Made by a program: the position numbers and the translations under genes. DNA of 64,000 nucleotides from the human T2T-CHM13v2.0 reference genome, Homo sapiens: assembly GCF_009914755.1 (NCBI RefSeq), contig NC_060937.1, one strand, 5' to 3'. This document shows, one piece after another, positions 42,587 to 54,158 of this stretch; positions within the stretch are counted from its first letter, which is position 1, and the number at the start of each line of letters is the position of its first letter. The notes under the pieces are model-generated. The model made no database searches, had not been told where the DNA came from, and saw only the letters and a program-made list of their open reading frames with translations.

Positions 42587-44716
42587 CTGAAACCAATGGA
42601 AACTCTGGTCACACCATAATGTAACAATGGCCACGGTTTTGGTCCAGACCTTCAAGGCACGCTTAGGCAAATGCTCACTTATTTCTTGGCTGTCACTACG
42701 GATACATTTCCCATAGGAAGCGGGAAACAATTATCCTTTTCCCCAGCAATCTTGAAGCTCTGTAAAGTTAGGCCTATTACAGGTTTGGGGATAAACACAC
42801 CTTGGAGAGCTGTCTCAGAGGGCTGCTTACCCATCTTCCAAACCAGTATCCCCAAGAGAAGATGATCTCAGGAACTAGGGTCTTATCATGATCATTCCTT
42901 CTTCTCCCTGGCTTCTAGGAAGCTCAGAAACAAATTTGGCATGGAGCATTTTTTTTCTCTACCTTTTTATGGCCTTGGTTTTATTATATTTTCAGCTTAC
43001 TATAATTCTACTGTATAGGTGAAATATGAGTAAATAAAGAGCATCTATGATATTTAAAAAGATCTACAAAGTGAATTCCAGACACCTCACTCACAGGTTA
43101 TTGCTACATTCCCCCAGAAAATGCTGCTGCTCAATTCTCTCTCAGCAGCTGCAAAAGCCACAATTACCAAGGCAATTTTGCAATGCTGTTTTATTTCCAC
43201 TTATCCTCTGGGGTGCGCAGGAGAATATTTTACCTTCGATCAAGAGGCCTCGCCGCTGCCTGCCTCACAGCCCTGCAGCACCTCATCTGGTATGCAGCAC
43301 CACACAAATTGTTCATGTAATATTTTAAGGCCACAGCAGCCCCGTGCAAGAGCCCAGAGCTAGACAAAGAAAAAAATGGGCCTGGAAATCTTTGGGGGAT
43401 TCACTGTGAGCTACCCAACTTAGATAAAGATTATGAGCAGAAATTTGATCTGAGAGATCAACACTAACAGAACTGAAACCAGTCAGCCGGCCTAACTTCA
43501 AATGAAGAAGAGTTGACTTTGAGGTTGCTCTTCAGTTTGGGGTACTCAGATTTTCAGAACATAAATCCAGGTCCCAGCAGAGACACAGCTGCTGGGGGCT
43601 GCCAGAGGAGAGAGCAACATAAGCACTTTTCCAGTATGGGGGCTTTGCAAATGAGATACAACTGTAAAATGCTAGGCTGCACTGTGCTGATGTTCAAGAT
43701 CTCATGGTAGATTTCAATGGATTATTTTAGCACTTGGGGATAAAACTCAGCTGAAAATCTCTGTAGAGGCTGGCTCCTCCCCAGGATGCCACTTCACACC
43801 TTTGAAAAGTTACAAATAAGATATTGACTTCACATCTGGTTTCTGTGATGCCTTGGAACCCTTCTCACTGCTAGATTTTCAAGTGTTATCTGAAAATGGG
43901 AAGACATAACAATACCAATCAAAAACAAAAACATCTAATCACAGATGTGCAGAATTAATGCAAAAGCAAAATGTATCTTGGTTGTGGGCCATGGGAACTT
44001 AACAAGTCAGCAGGCCACAGTGATACACGCATAACAGCTGAGCAGGCAGGACTGTTTAAACTGGCCAGCTATCCCAACTGGCCAAGCACCTTTCCCCTGC
44101 TCATGTCCAGAGAAGCAGTTTTCAAACATTTCTGGCTCCAGAAACACCCTCACTTTCACAGAAACATCATCATTAAGGACTTAAAAGAGACCCTGATGAG
44201 GCTGAGTCTAAAATTAGCTAGGCCTTCAAACGTGAATGTGGTCCTAAAATTAGACAGGCCTTCCAGCTGGGCTTGGGCTTGGGCTTGCTGGAGCCCACAA
44301 ACAGGAGGGGCCGCCTGACTTCCTTCCTGCCTTTCCAGTTAATTGGCCTTGCAGATCTTCCTGGGACTGACGCTGCAGCCTCTCAAGGGCAGGGAGGCAG
44401 AGTTAGGAGGCTCCTCTGCACCCAGGTAGGGAAGCTGGAGGTGAGGCCTAGCTGTCTTCTCCTCCTACAGTAATGGGGCAGACCAAGGAGCAATCAGAGA
44501 CTTGCTGAGAGAAGCGGGACCAGCACCCAGGCTGGAAAATCATAGGATCAAGGTATAATCAAGGAGCACCTTTCATATGCCTAAATTTGGGACTGTTCAT
44601 CTTTGTCAGTGTCTTATGAGGCTTCTGATTGGGTGTGAACATTGTGTTGTATTAGTGTTGAAAAGGGCCTCTGATTTACTCTAACCTTCTCATTTAATCA
44701 AGTAGGGTAAAGAATA

Positions 44717-44933
44717 CAGTTGACCTGTGAGCATGGGTTTAATCTGTGCAGGTCCACTTATAGGTGGATTTTTTTCCAACCAAATGTGTATCCAAAACAC
44801 AGCATTCGAGGGATGTGAAACCCACATATTTGGAGGGCTGACTTTTCATATACATGAGGGTTCTGCAGGATATACATGGGGCGGGGGCGGGGGGTCCTGG
44901 AACCAATCCTCCAAGTGTACTGAGGGATGACTG
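44717..44933. mobile_element. MER8 (Tigger2-derived MITE)
   Basis: ta|cagttgacc...gcaggtccacttataggtggatttttt...ggaaccaatcctcc...gagggatgactg. Confidence 0.8.
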
Positions 44934-46284
44934 CAGTTTTCTTGGTACAGCTGTGATTAGAAGCCAGGTCCCCAGGATAGGGTTCTTGAGATAGAAAAAT
45001 CCGTCCTTCTTTATCATCATCAGGATATTTGTGTTAAAAACAACCATTTCCTGAATGGTTTCTATGTTGCAGGTGCCCTGCTAAGCACTTAATATCCATT
45101 ATTTGATTTATTCCTCCTCACAGTCCTACGAGGTCATGCTGTTACTATCTTTATTTTATAGATGAGAAAATGGAGGCAGGCTCTAGGCCGTGAAACCCAG
45201 TGCCACAAACTCACCAGAACCCCCGTTGTCTAACAGCGGATTGTGTGTTATGAAATGTCTTCATTCTAGGCTTTGTCTTCCTTCTCCATTTTGTATTGCT
45301 TTTAGTTTTTATTTTCTACTTTGTAAGGTTTTACTGAAATAAGGGGTTTTAAAGTTCTCCATATCACTGTCTACCTTAGGAAAGTCTCTGCAGTATTGGA
45401 ATAACCTCAAGTCTTCTGGAGTTTGCACAGAATTTCGTGGCAATAGAGGTGGACTGCAGAAATTAAGTAAAACCTGGCAGGAATGCTCAGATAGGTCCCC
45501 CTGCCCCTCCCCACCCCCACCCGCTACTGTTTTCCCACATTCCCCCATCAGCTTTGCCTCAGGAATAGGGAGGTGAAATGCAGAGGGACAGACTGAAAAA
45601 TGGAGGTGGGGAGTGTGAGGGAAGGGCAGTGAGTTCAGTCTGAGAATGTGTCCTTCCAAAGCCAGCCCCTAATTCTTGGGTTTGGCAAAGGCCTTGCGGA
45701 CAGACTCCATTCACTTGGCCCAATACCCACAGATGGGAAGGCAGCACTAGGCCTAATCTCAGTATCTGTAAAAATCGCCTATAAAAATTGACACCAGAGG
45801 ACAAGGCTTAATGAACCACCAACGAGGCAATGATACTGGGCCTTCTCCTAGGGCCCCTAAGCTACTTTCCTGCAAGGAACTGACCTTGCTTTGGTACCTT
45901 GGTGTCCAGAAAGTGAATCCACTTCCAAAAACCTGAAATTATTCTGAGAGAGTACTTTACTCCTCCTAAGGATTACATCCAGTAAGAATAATGGTCCTTA
46001 GTACTCATAATATTGCTTCTCATCTAATAAGCACTTGAGAACATTAATTAGAAACTCGATGGAATTCCTAAAGACTGGATGGTGGGAAATTGCTCCTGCA
46101 GTGAAGTACCTTCACAGGCTTAGCGCAGAGCTTCTGGCAGCCAAGGAAGAAGGCAGAATTCCTCCTTTTCCAGCCCCAAACTATGAAGACTTTATTTTGC
46201 ATGAAGGCCAAAGGGAATAAGCTCATATTAACATCACAAAACATAACAAAATGCCTAGAAAACTCCTTATGTAATGCAAAGTAC

Positions 46285-46491
46285 CAGAAAGGTAAATGGC
46301 TTTATCAACCATGAATTCCTCTGCAAAGCGAATGTGACAAAAATTCTTCTTGCTTTTCCGAATTGCTGTAATATCACCGCACTGTTCAAAGACTTCTTGA
46401 ATAATTTCCTCAGTAGCATTTTCTGGTAATCCTCCGACAAACACGGTCTTACACCCAGGAGGTCGTTCTCTTGTGGAAGGAGGTGGAAGAT
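46285..46491 (-). CDS. ENOX1: ENOX1 coding exon B (207 nt, phase 1-1), RRM core with RNP2 VFVGGL and RNP1-like KNFCHIRF
   Basis: Acceptor attattag|AT, donor TCTG|gtactt. Overlaps ORF 46223..46444. Confidence 0.96.
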
Positions 46492-46942
46492 CTAATAATC
46501 ACAACAAAACAGAAAGTTTTATCTTTCATTTATTTGCTTTCTCTGGTTCTCCTGGCAAAACTAAAGCTTGCAGAGTAACTTTCTCCAGACTGAGTGACGG
46601 TAAATTTCTATGCCAACTTACATTGATCCCAGGCTGTCTTGTTTCTAAGTTCCTCTCCCCTCCTGCTCCCAACCTTTACTTTCTGTGTTCATTGCTACAC
46701 AGAGTGGCTATATGCTTGTCCATGAACAAAGATAAAGCAAATGTTTGCATAATTTCATTTCTCCTTTATACTACAGAAGCCCAGAAAAGGGAGGGAAAAA
46801 ACTTCCCAAAGTACAAAACATGACGAAATGACAACATGATGAAAAACCTCAGCGTGTTATCTGCTTTGTCTTGTTTCCAGATAAAGGAGCGGCAAAACAG
46901 AATACGGGAAGCATAACCTACAAAAGCACGCACAATACTTAC

Positions 46943-46962
46943 TTGGCTGTGAAACACCGGGC
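46943..46962 (-). other. ENOX1: Candidate ENOX1 alternative microexon (4 nt CCAA at 46943-46946, or 20 nt with the upstream acceptor)
   Basis: Minus strand reads ggtttttttcag|GCCCGGTGTTTCACAG|CCAA|gtaagtattg: two tandem CAG acceptors and a consensus GTAAGT donor. Confidence 0.7.
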
Positions 46963-47713
46963 CTGAAAAAAACCACTTTGTTATTATTCACATTTAAATG
47001 AGCAAACTATTAAATTTTGGGAAGGCTGTATAAAAAGATACAATGTACACTCTCACAATATTTTACCTAGTTTATATGTAGATTACTAAAGCAATCTCCT
47101 GAAAAGTCCACTTAAAAAAGGCAACACTGATTAATATGAATGACAAAAAAAAAAAAAAAAGTCCTAGCTCTTTTAGCCCATAAACTTAGTATCTGAGGCA
47201 AAATTAAAAAAATAAAATTCTGGCCCATTTACTTCATCAAATGTATGTTTCCTTCAAGCAAATACAATTTGGTCCAGAAACTCTGAGATGCAGGCTTCCC
47301 TCTCCCCAGCCCCCAAATTGCTAACTGTCAAATTAATTCCATTTTCCATCTAGCAAAACATATTTCAGAGTTTTTCACCCACATTTGTGAAGATGGATGG
47401 AAATGCTCACATATTTCACACTGTGTTCTCCGGCAAACACTAGGCTTCACTACATGCAAAAAGTCTTAACGCTGGATACACATCCCTAAATCCCACATAC
47501 TGGCTTTATAGTGTGGATTCAGCTTCTGGACAGACACGTGGCCACATCCCTGTATATTTATTGTAACCTAGAGACAAAAGGCCTTCTGTAGAACGGATCC
47601 CCACTCTGTGCATTTACGTGTGAGTCACATCTGAAAATGACTGCAATGCCATTTTAAAATTTAAAAAGAAAAACATTTAAAATGAGCAAATATTTCTCAT
47701 AGGTGTTACTTAC

Positions 47714-47887
47714 TTGGATTTTGAGGAAAAAGAGTACAGCTTTTGCAGTGGATTATTTCTTTGACAACAGCCACTTCTGTTGGTGGTGGGGGAGGTACCA
47801 GTCCAAGGCCTGGTATCATTGGGTTAATGGGGGTGATTCCAGTCATCATGTTGAGGCTTGGATCAAAGCCTGGGACACAGATTGAGT
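47714..47887 (-). CDS. ENOX1: ENOX1 coding exon A (174 nt, phase 1-1): (D)SICVPGFDPSLNMMTGITPINPMIPGLGLVPPPPPTEVAVVKEIIHCKSCTLFPQNP
   Basis: Minus strand: acceptor tttacag|AC, donor CCAA|gtaagt. Translated by hand (not in the ORF track). Joins exon B in frame (A|AT = Asn). Confidence 0.95.
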
Positions 47888-48586
47888 CTGTAAAGTATAC
47901 AAGATAACATTTTGACTGGAGATTAAATCCATTTTTGTTGTTGTTTTTGCCATTTTCCTGTGGATTATTTGACTTTATACTTTCTATTTTTCAGGAATTT
48001 CTCCTGGCATAAGATATAATATTATAGAAAGCTATGCCAGAAGGGTAAAGAGAAAAAAAGTAAAAGATGAACATTAAACTACATGAAAAGGAAATTATAT
48101 TACTTAAAATATTAACATGGCAGAAAGAACACAGCATATTAAAATGTAAAAGCATGCACCATGAAGCTTCACTATTACTGTGAATGCAATTTTCTATTTC
48201 TTAACGTTGGTGTATTGTTTATACCACCTTATGACCCAGAATATGGGAAGAATATCATTTAACACTGAAGTGCTCTGTGAATCTAATTGTCAACGTGGTT
48301 TCATCAAAAGAGCCTTCTTACCCAAGTGACCTAGATTTAGGAAAGTTCAATTTATATGTGCATACTTTATAATGATGTATTCAGGTCCCACCTAACCTAT
48401 TTCCCCTGGAATAAAAAAAAAAAAAAAGCAAAACAAAGAGTGATTACAATTACTATGGCTGGGTTAGATACATGCAGGCATAAAATTAGCTATATACATT
48501 TCTGGCTTCTATTGGATAATTGCACTTTCTTCCTATAATTTAGTCAACAAAGAATTGACCCACCCTTTTGAAATCTTTATGCCCTG

Positions 48587-48590
<4 letters not shown>

Positions 48591-48620
<30 letters not shown>
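48591..48620 (+). repeat. (AC)15 microsatellite
   Basis: Perfect dinucleotide run. Confidence 0.97.
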
Positions 48621-48623
<3 letters not shown>

Positions 48624-51600
48624 AAAATAGAAAGTGTGCAAAACAAATGGGTTTTCCAGCTTTTTTTTTTTTTAGTGTGATAATGAAGCAAGTGATTTCA
48701 AAGGTGGCATACAGACACTAATAAGTAAGACCTTTCTAACAGCAGGGGCTATGAAAATACTGTACTGAGTAGCCACAAGGGGATCCCGTTCATGAGGGTT
48801 TCCCTGTTGGCAGAAAAGTCTCATGGGTGGCGTGAAAATGTTCCCAGATAGACAGGCCAGGATAGATCATGGTGCCCTCCTCTACTCTGCAAGGATGAAA
48901 CTTCCTTCTTGTCTCATACCATCCTATCTTCTTCTCCCTCCTCATCTTACATCACTTCCAGTCTTCCTTCCTGCCCGCCACCCCTGCCCCCGACAACCCC
49001 TTTGTACAGTTCTCCTGTACAGCCTGTGCCTTAGGCCTCCGCATGGCCTCACTCTTCGCTTACCTGTGCTGAAAGGCTGGAGGAGCCCAGAAGCAGATGT
49101 AAGAATAACCACACGCTTTGTTTACTAAGAAGCTCCAGAGAATACAGAAGGTCTAGCAAAAGCGTTTCCTTTCTGGGAAAAGGTTTACAGATTCCGCCAG
49201 CTACTTTGGACATTTCCACTCCTCCTCTGGGCTGAACAGAATAAACAATGTGATTCTGATCTATAACCCCAAGAGGACTGCTGTCCCATTTATTAAAAAC
49301 TCCATTTAATTTCATAGTGTATCAGTGTGACTTCAGTAAAAGGAGGATTTTTTTTTAAAAGAAAAGAACCCTAAATATAAATGACAAATAAGCATTTTCT
49401 TTCAAAGTAGTCACCCTGACATTCTAGGTACTTCCTCTACAATTATGGCTCTCAGTTTCTTCATCTGTAATATGGTACTGTTTGACTGGATTATCTCTTG
49501 GAGTGCTAGAATTCCAAGACTCCAGGATTCCATGCTGATGTTGCTCAGTACAAACTGACACACAAAAGACTTAAAGTTTTATAAGTGACAGAGATGACTC
49601 TGTTTATTCTGTCAATCATCAGAAAGTTTCACAAGTATGATTTCCATTTTACAGAAAAGAAAGTAAGGCTTAAAGTACTTAAGTAAAACTTCTAACATTC
49701 CAAATCAAACAGATGGCAGAGTCAGAATGAGGGCCCAGGTCTTTGCCTCAGTATTTAAACATGTATTAAATGTGACTATTTCAAAGTTTCCATCTAGAAT
49801 GACCCAACATGATTACTCATCTAATACATGCCACTACTTCTTAAAATGTACTTTACCCTTAAAAAAATCAAGATGGGTCCTGCCGATCAATTCTAAAGAA
49901 GTTCCAGAACAGAATGGTTTTCAACATCATCATCATTAAAATAACATATTGGCCTCCAAGGTGAATATATTAGAAAAAGAAATATTGGCAATGGGAATAT
50001 TGGCATGCTTGTGCTTTTATTTAATCTCATTCCGTACATCGGCTTCATCTGTTTTTTTCCTGGCCTGGCCCTCGCTATTATTTGCCAACACAGGATGATT
50101 TAAGGCTGAAACCACTCAGGACTGCAAACCCTGAAATGAGAGCCCTGTGAATTATAATCAGCAGATGTTTCCCACAAATGAGAAGAGAAGCCCAGTGCTT
50201 GCATTCTCTTTAGTTGTTAACAGACTTCTGTTTTCTTTCTGAAGGCTAAGTAAATAAATATATGTCCAGAAATGGGGACAGAAGATACCACTCTTGTACA
50301 ACGTATTTTAATATACAGCAAGAGTTGCTTTGCTTTTTTCTGAGACATCAGTATGAGGAGACTATGAGGTTTAATGAAATCTGCATGGCAAGTGCAGTAG
50401 CTTGAAAAGAGCTTAGAAAGGAATTAACACGTAAATTATGTTGGACCTGAAAGGATTGGAGATTCAGTATTTGAGAGGAGAAAGTAAGGAAGGATTAGAC
50501 TTTAAGAAAAAAAAAGAACCCATTACTTTTTTAACAATATATGTAAAGATGGAAATTGTTTTCTCTAACAGCACAGGAGCATATGATGTACTCGCTCATT
50601 AAAGCAAACGCACAAACTGAAAATCGAGGAAGACACAAACACAGGAAGACAAAGGGGAGAAGGCAGCGCAACCCGAAGAATCAGTTCCATGCCCTGTTAG
50701 GAAAAGCTGCCCCTGTGAGCTTCAGAGATAATGAGTTGTAATTCTACTCAGCGCAAAGAGGAGGACTGCTTAAATCACAGCAAGAAAGAATCCAATTACG
50801 TATACAGTAGAACTTTATCACAACTGTACTGAAACGACAGGAAGGAAGGGTTATTCATCACAGACCGTGGCCCTGTCTGGCTCCTCTCTGTGTTGCCGGC
50901 TCCAAGCAGAGACTGGCCACAGCCAAGGCTCGGCAAAGGTTTCTTTTTGGTTGTCTGTTCCCAGTTGGACGAGATGAAAACAAACAAAAAAAAATCCTGT
51001 TTACTGATTCACAGGCCAGTGTTTTATCAATTGGATGAGCATTTTTCAGAAGGCAGGTTGGGGCTTTGTGTTCAGGATTTTAGAGGCATGGCAGTTGAAT
51101 TAATTAAAGCACTCATTCATTTGAATTAAAGCATCCATTCAGCATTTCCTGGGCACGTATGACTGCCAGGATCTGGAGTTACAGAGGTAACAGTAGTAAG
51201 TTCCCCACTTGAGTTTGAGGAGAGGATAAAGGATGGGAACCAAACTCAGCAAAAGAGTCGGGACACATGAGCTGAGGCTCAGAGGACACAGAGAGAGTCC
51301 AGGAAGGGAATTGCTGGGAGAGAGCCTGGTAGGCCTGGGGAATTCCAAACAATTTTTCATGGCTCTTTCATGGTGTGCATCTGGCAGTGTGGCCACAATG
51401 TCTGGAGAGACTGCAGGAATTAGATCAGATCAGAGAGACCCTGCTGTTCAAGCTAGTGAATTTCAACTTTGCTCTCCCTGGAACTCAGAGTCAGAGATGC
51501 ACCCTGCCAGGCCAGGGCTCCAGTGCCTGGGCCGCCCTTCCTCACTTCTTCTCTCTTTGTCTGCTGCCCGCTAGCCATGCCTTGCTCCTTTTCTGCCCTT

Positions 51601-52697
51601 TCTAGTCAATGCCTCAGTTAAGAGTCTCATATTTGAGATGAGAACTAGATTTCATTTGAAAGAAAGGCAGTTGAGGCCTCTTGCCAGGCAAGGCTGGGCA
51701 TACTAACTAGGTTAGGTGTGGGCAGGGAGGAGGGACAGAGAGAAGTTGTCAGTACTAGGAACAAGTCTGGTCTGGAAGGAAGAACATAGCGTTTTAAGAA
51801 AATAATAAGAGAAAGAGGCAGTAATCAGGCTAAATGGCTGCATTACAGGTGTAGTCCTGGGCTGAGGGTGTCCTGACAAAGTGGCTGAACACAGAGATTA
51901 TTAGCGCAGATAAAACACAGGTCCAGGTGGGGCAGCTGCCCAGAGGACTCTGTCTACAGGTCACAGGGCCTGCACCCCCTGGTCCAGGGTTCAGACCCAG
52001 CCCAGGGGAAATAAAGTTTGCAGGAACATCATGGAGTCATAAGTTGAGAAATACTAGGCCAATTGGCAGGTTACCTAAGCCAGGATTCAGGCAGGAGAAG
52101 CAAGACAGGATTCAGACAACAAAATAGAAGCCTGGGGTTTGGGGAAGGAGATAGACCCCTCAGTTATCAGATACGGAGCACAGGTCACAGCCTGACCAGC
52201 ATAAAGCCTGCTTGGATGCTGAGTCTTAGAATGCAGGGCTCCAGAGCCCCCTTCCTCCCGCCTGACGCCAGATGGACCCTCAAGTCCAGGGACAGAGTAA
52301 GTGTGTGGGGCCAGGTCCCAGGACTTGTGCAGGGCACAGAGACAGGCTGGAAGGGCTCTAACAAACATGCAATTGTGCTGCTTCTTTTTCCAGAATTACT
52401 GGGTTAAAATTACTGACCTATCATCACTCTGCAGAGAAGCCACGTGATACCTGAAGACATTCTGTTTACCAGAAGTTTCCAGTGGAGAAACTTTTTCAGA
52501 AGTCTCCTATTGCAATTGACAAGTCTTGTTGTTCTATAATGTCATTGAATTTGTAAACTATTAAAGTAATGCTCTTTTTCATTCCATGTTTTCTTTTTTC
52601 AAGCATTCTTAAAAAACTGTTTTGTGAACAGCAGAGGAAAAGTGAACATTTTAAAAAAGGTGATCTTAAAGTCAAGGGATCTGGCACAGCTGGATGA

Positions 52698-53006
<309 letters not shown>

Positions 53007-53124
53007 AGCTGACTGGCTTTTTAACCTCTCTGGGCTTCAGTGTCTTCACCAGGGGAAGGAGAACATGAATACTAGATAGACATACTGGTCTTCATGGTCA
53101 TCCAAGAAGAACACCTGGGTGAAG

Positions 53125-53350
53125 GCAGTATATCAAAGTGTGGAGACCTCAAGTCTGCAGTCATGCACTGGCTGTATGACTTTGGGAAATTTAACTAATC
53201 ATTCTAAGCCTCATTTATAATATCTGTAAAATGAAGAGAATAATATTTACCTTTTAATGTTCTTGTGAGGATTAAATGGGATTAATAAAACAAAACCAAA
53301 GTGTTCAGCATAATGTCCAGCACATGGTAAATACTCAATAAATGGTAGCA
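53125..53350 (+). mobile_element. MIR
   Basis: ctgtatgactttgggaa...gcctcatttataatatctgtaaaatgaagagaataata...gtgaggattaaatg...cacatggtaaatactcaataaatggtagc. Confidence 0.8.
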
Positions 53351-53687
53351 ATTACATACAGCATTAATAAACATTAATATTATATAGAATATTTACATAA
53401 CCTTATATAAATATGTTAGTAACATAGCAGACACACAATCATAATGATGATTACAAAGTCTTTCATTTGACAAACATATGAGTGCCTACTAGGTGTTGAG
53501 TGTTTTGCTAGGTACTCTGCATTCAAAGACATTGCAATGTTCTTCCTTCACAGATGTGGAAATCTAGTGACTGAAACAACTTAGCAGAAAATACCAATAC
53601 AGTAATGACACTTATTTTGAGACATTTAAATAAAAGGTGCTATGAAAACACTGAAAAGGGGACATCTAAACCCGTCTGGCATAGGGT

Positions 53688-54158
53688 TTGTAAGAGTTGA
53701 CTTGTGTCCCCCCAAAAGATATGTTAATTATTATTATACTTTTAACATAAGTCCTAATCCCCCATACCTATGAATGTGACTTTATTTAGAAATACTGTGT
53801 TTGCAGATGTAATCAAGATAAGATTAGGTCATACTGGATTAGGGTAGGCATGATCTAATATGACTGCTGTCCTTATAAGATGAGGAGAAAAGACACAGAC
53901 ACACAGGGAGAATGCAATATGATGACTGGAGAGATGCACCTGCAAGTCAAGGATCACCCAGGATAGCCGGCAAACACCAGAAGCTAAGAGAAAGACATGA
54001 AACTGATTCTTCCCTGGATCCTTCAGTGAGAACAAGGCCCTGCCAACAGCTTAATTTCAGACTTTTGGCCCCCAGAACTGCAAGACAATATGTTTCTGTT
54101 ATTTTAATTCACCCAGTGTGTGGTACTTTGATACAGCAGCCCTACCTAGAAAACAAAT
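53688..54158 (+). mobile_element. MLT1B/C-like MaLR solo LTR
   Basis: tgtgtccccccaaaagatatgtt...gaatgtgactttatttagaaat...ggtcatactggattagggt...ccagtgtgtggtactttgatacagcagccc. Confidence 0.85.

Noticed and set aside
47714-47887. Idea that exon A is read in another frame so the 4-nt microexon restores the RRM frame
   Set aside because: The required phase-0 frame of exon A has TGA TGA, TGA and TAA stops and no ATG after the last one.
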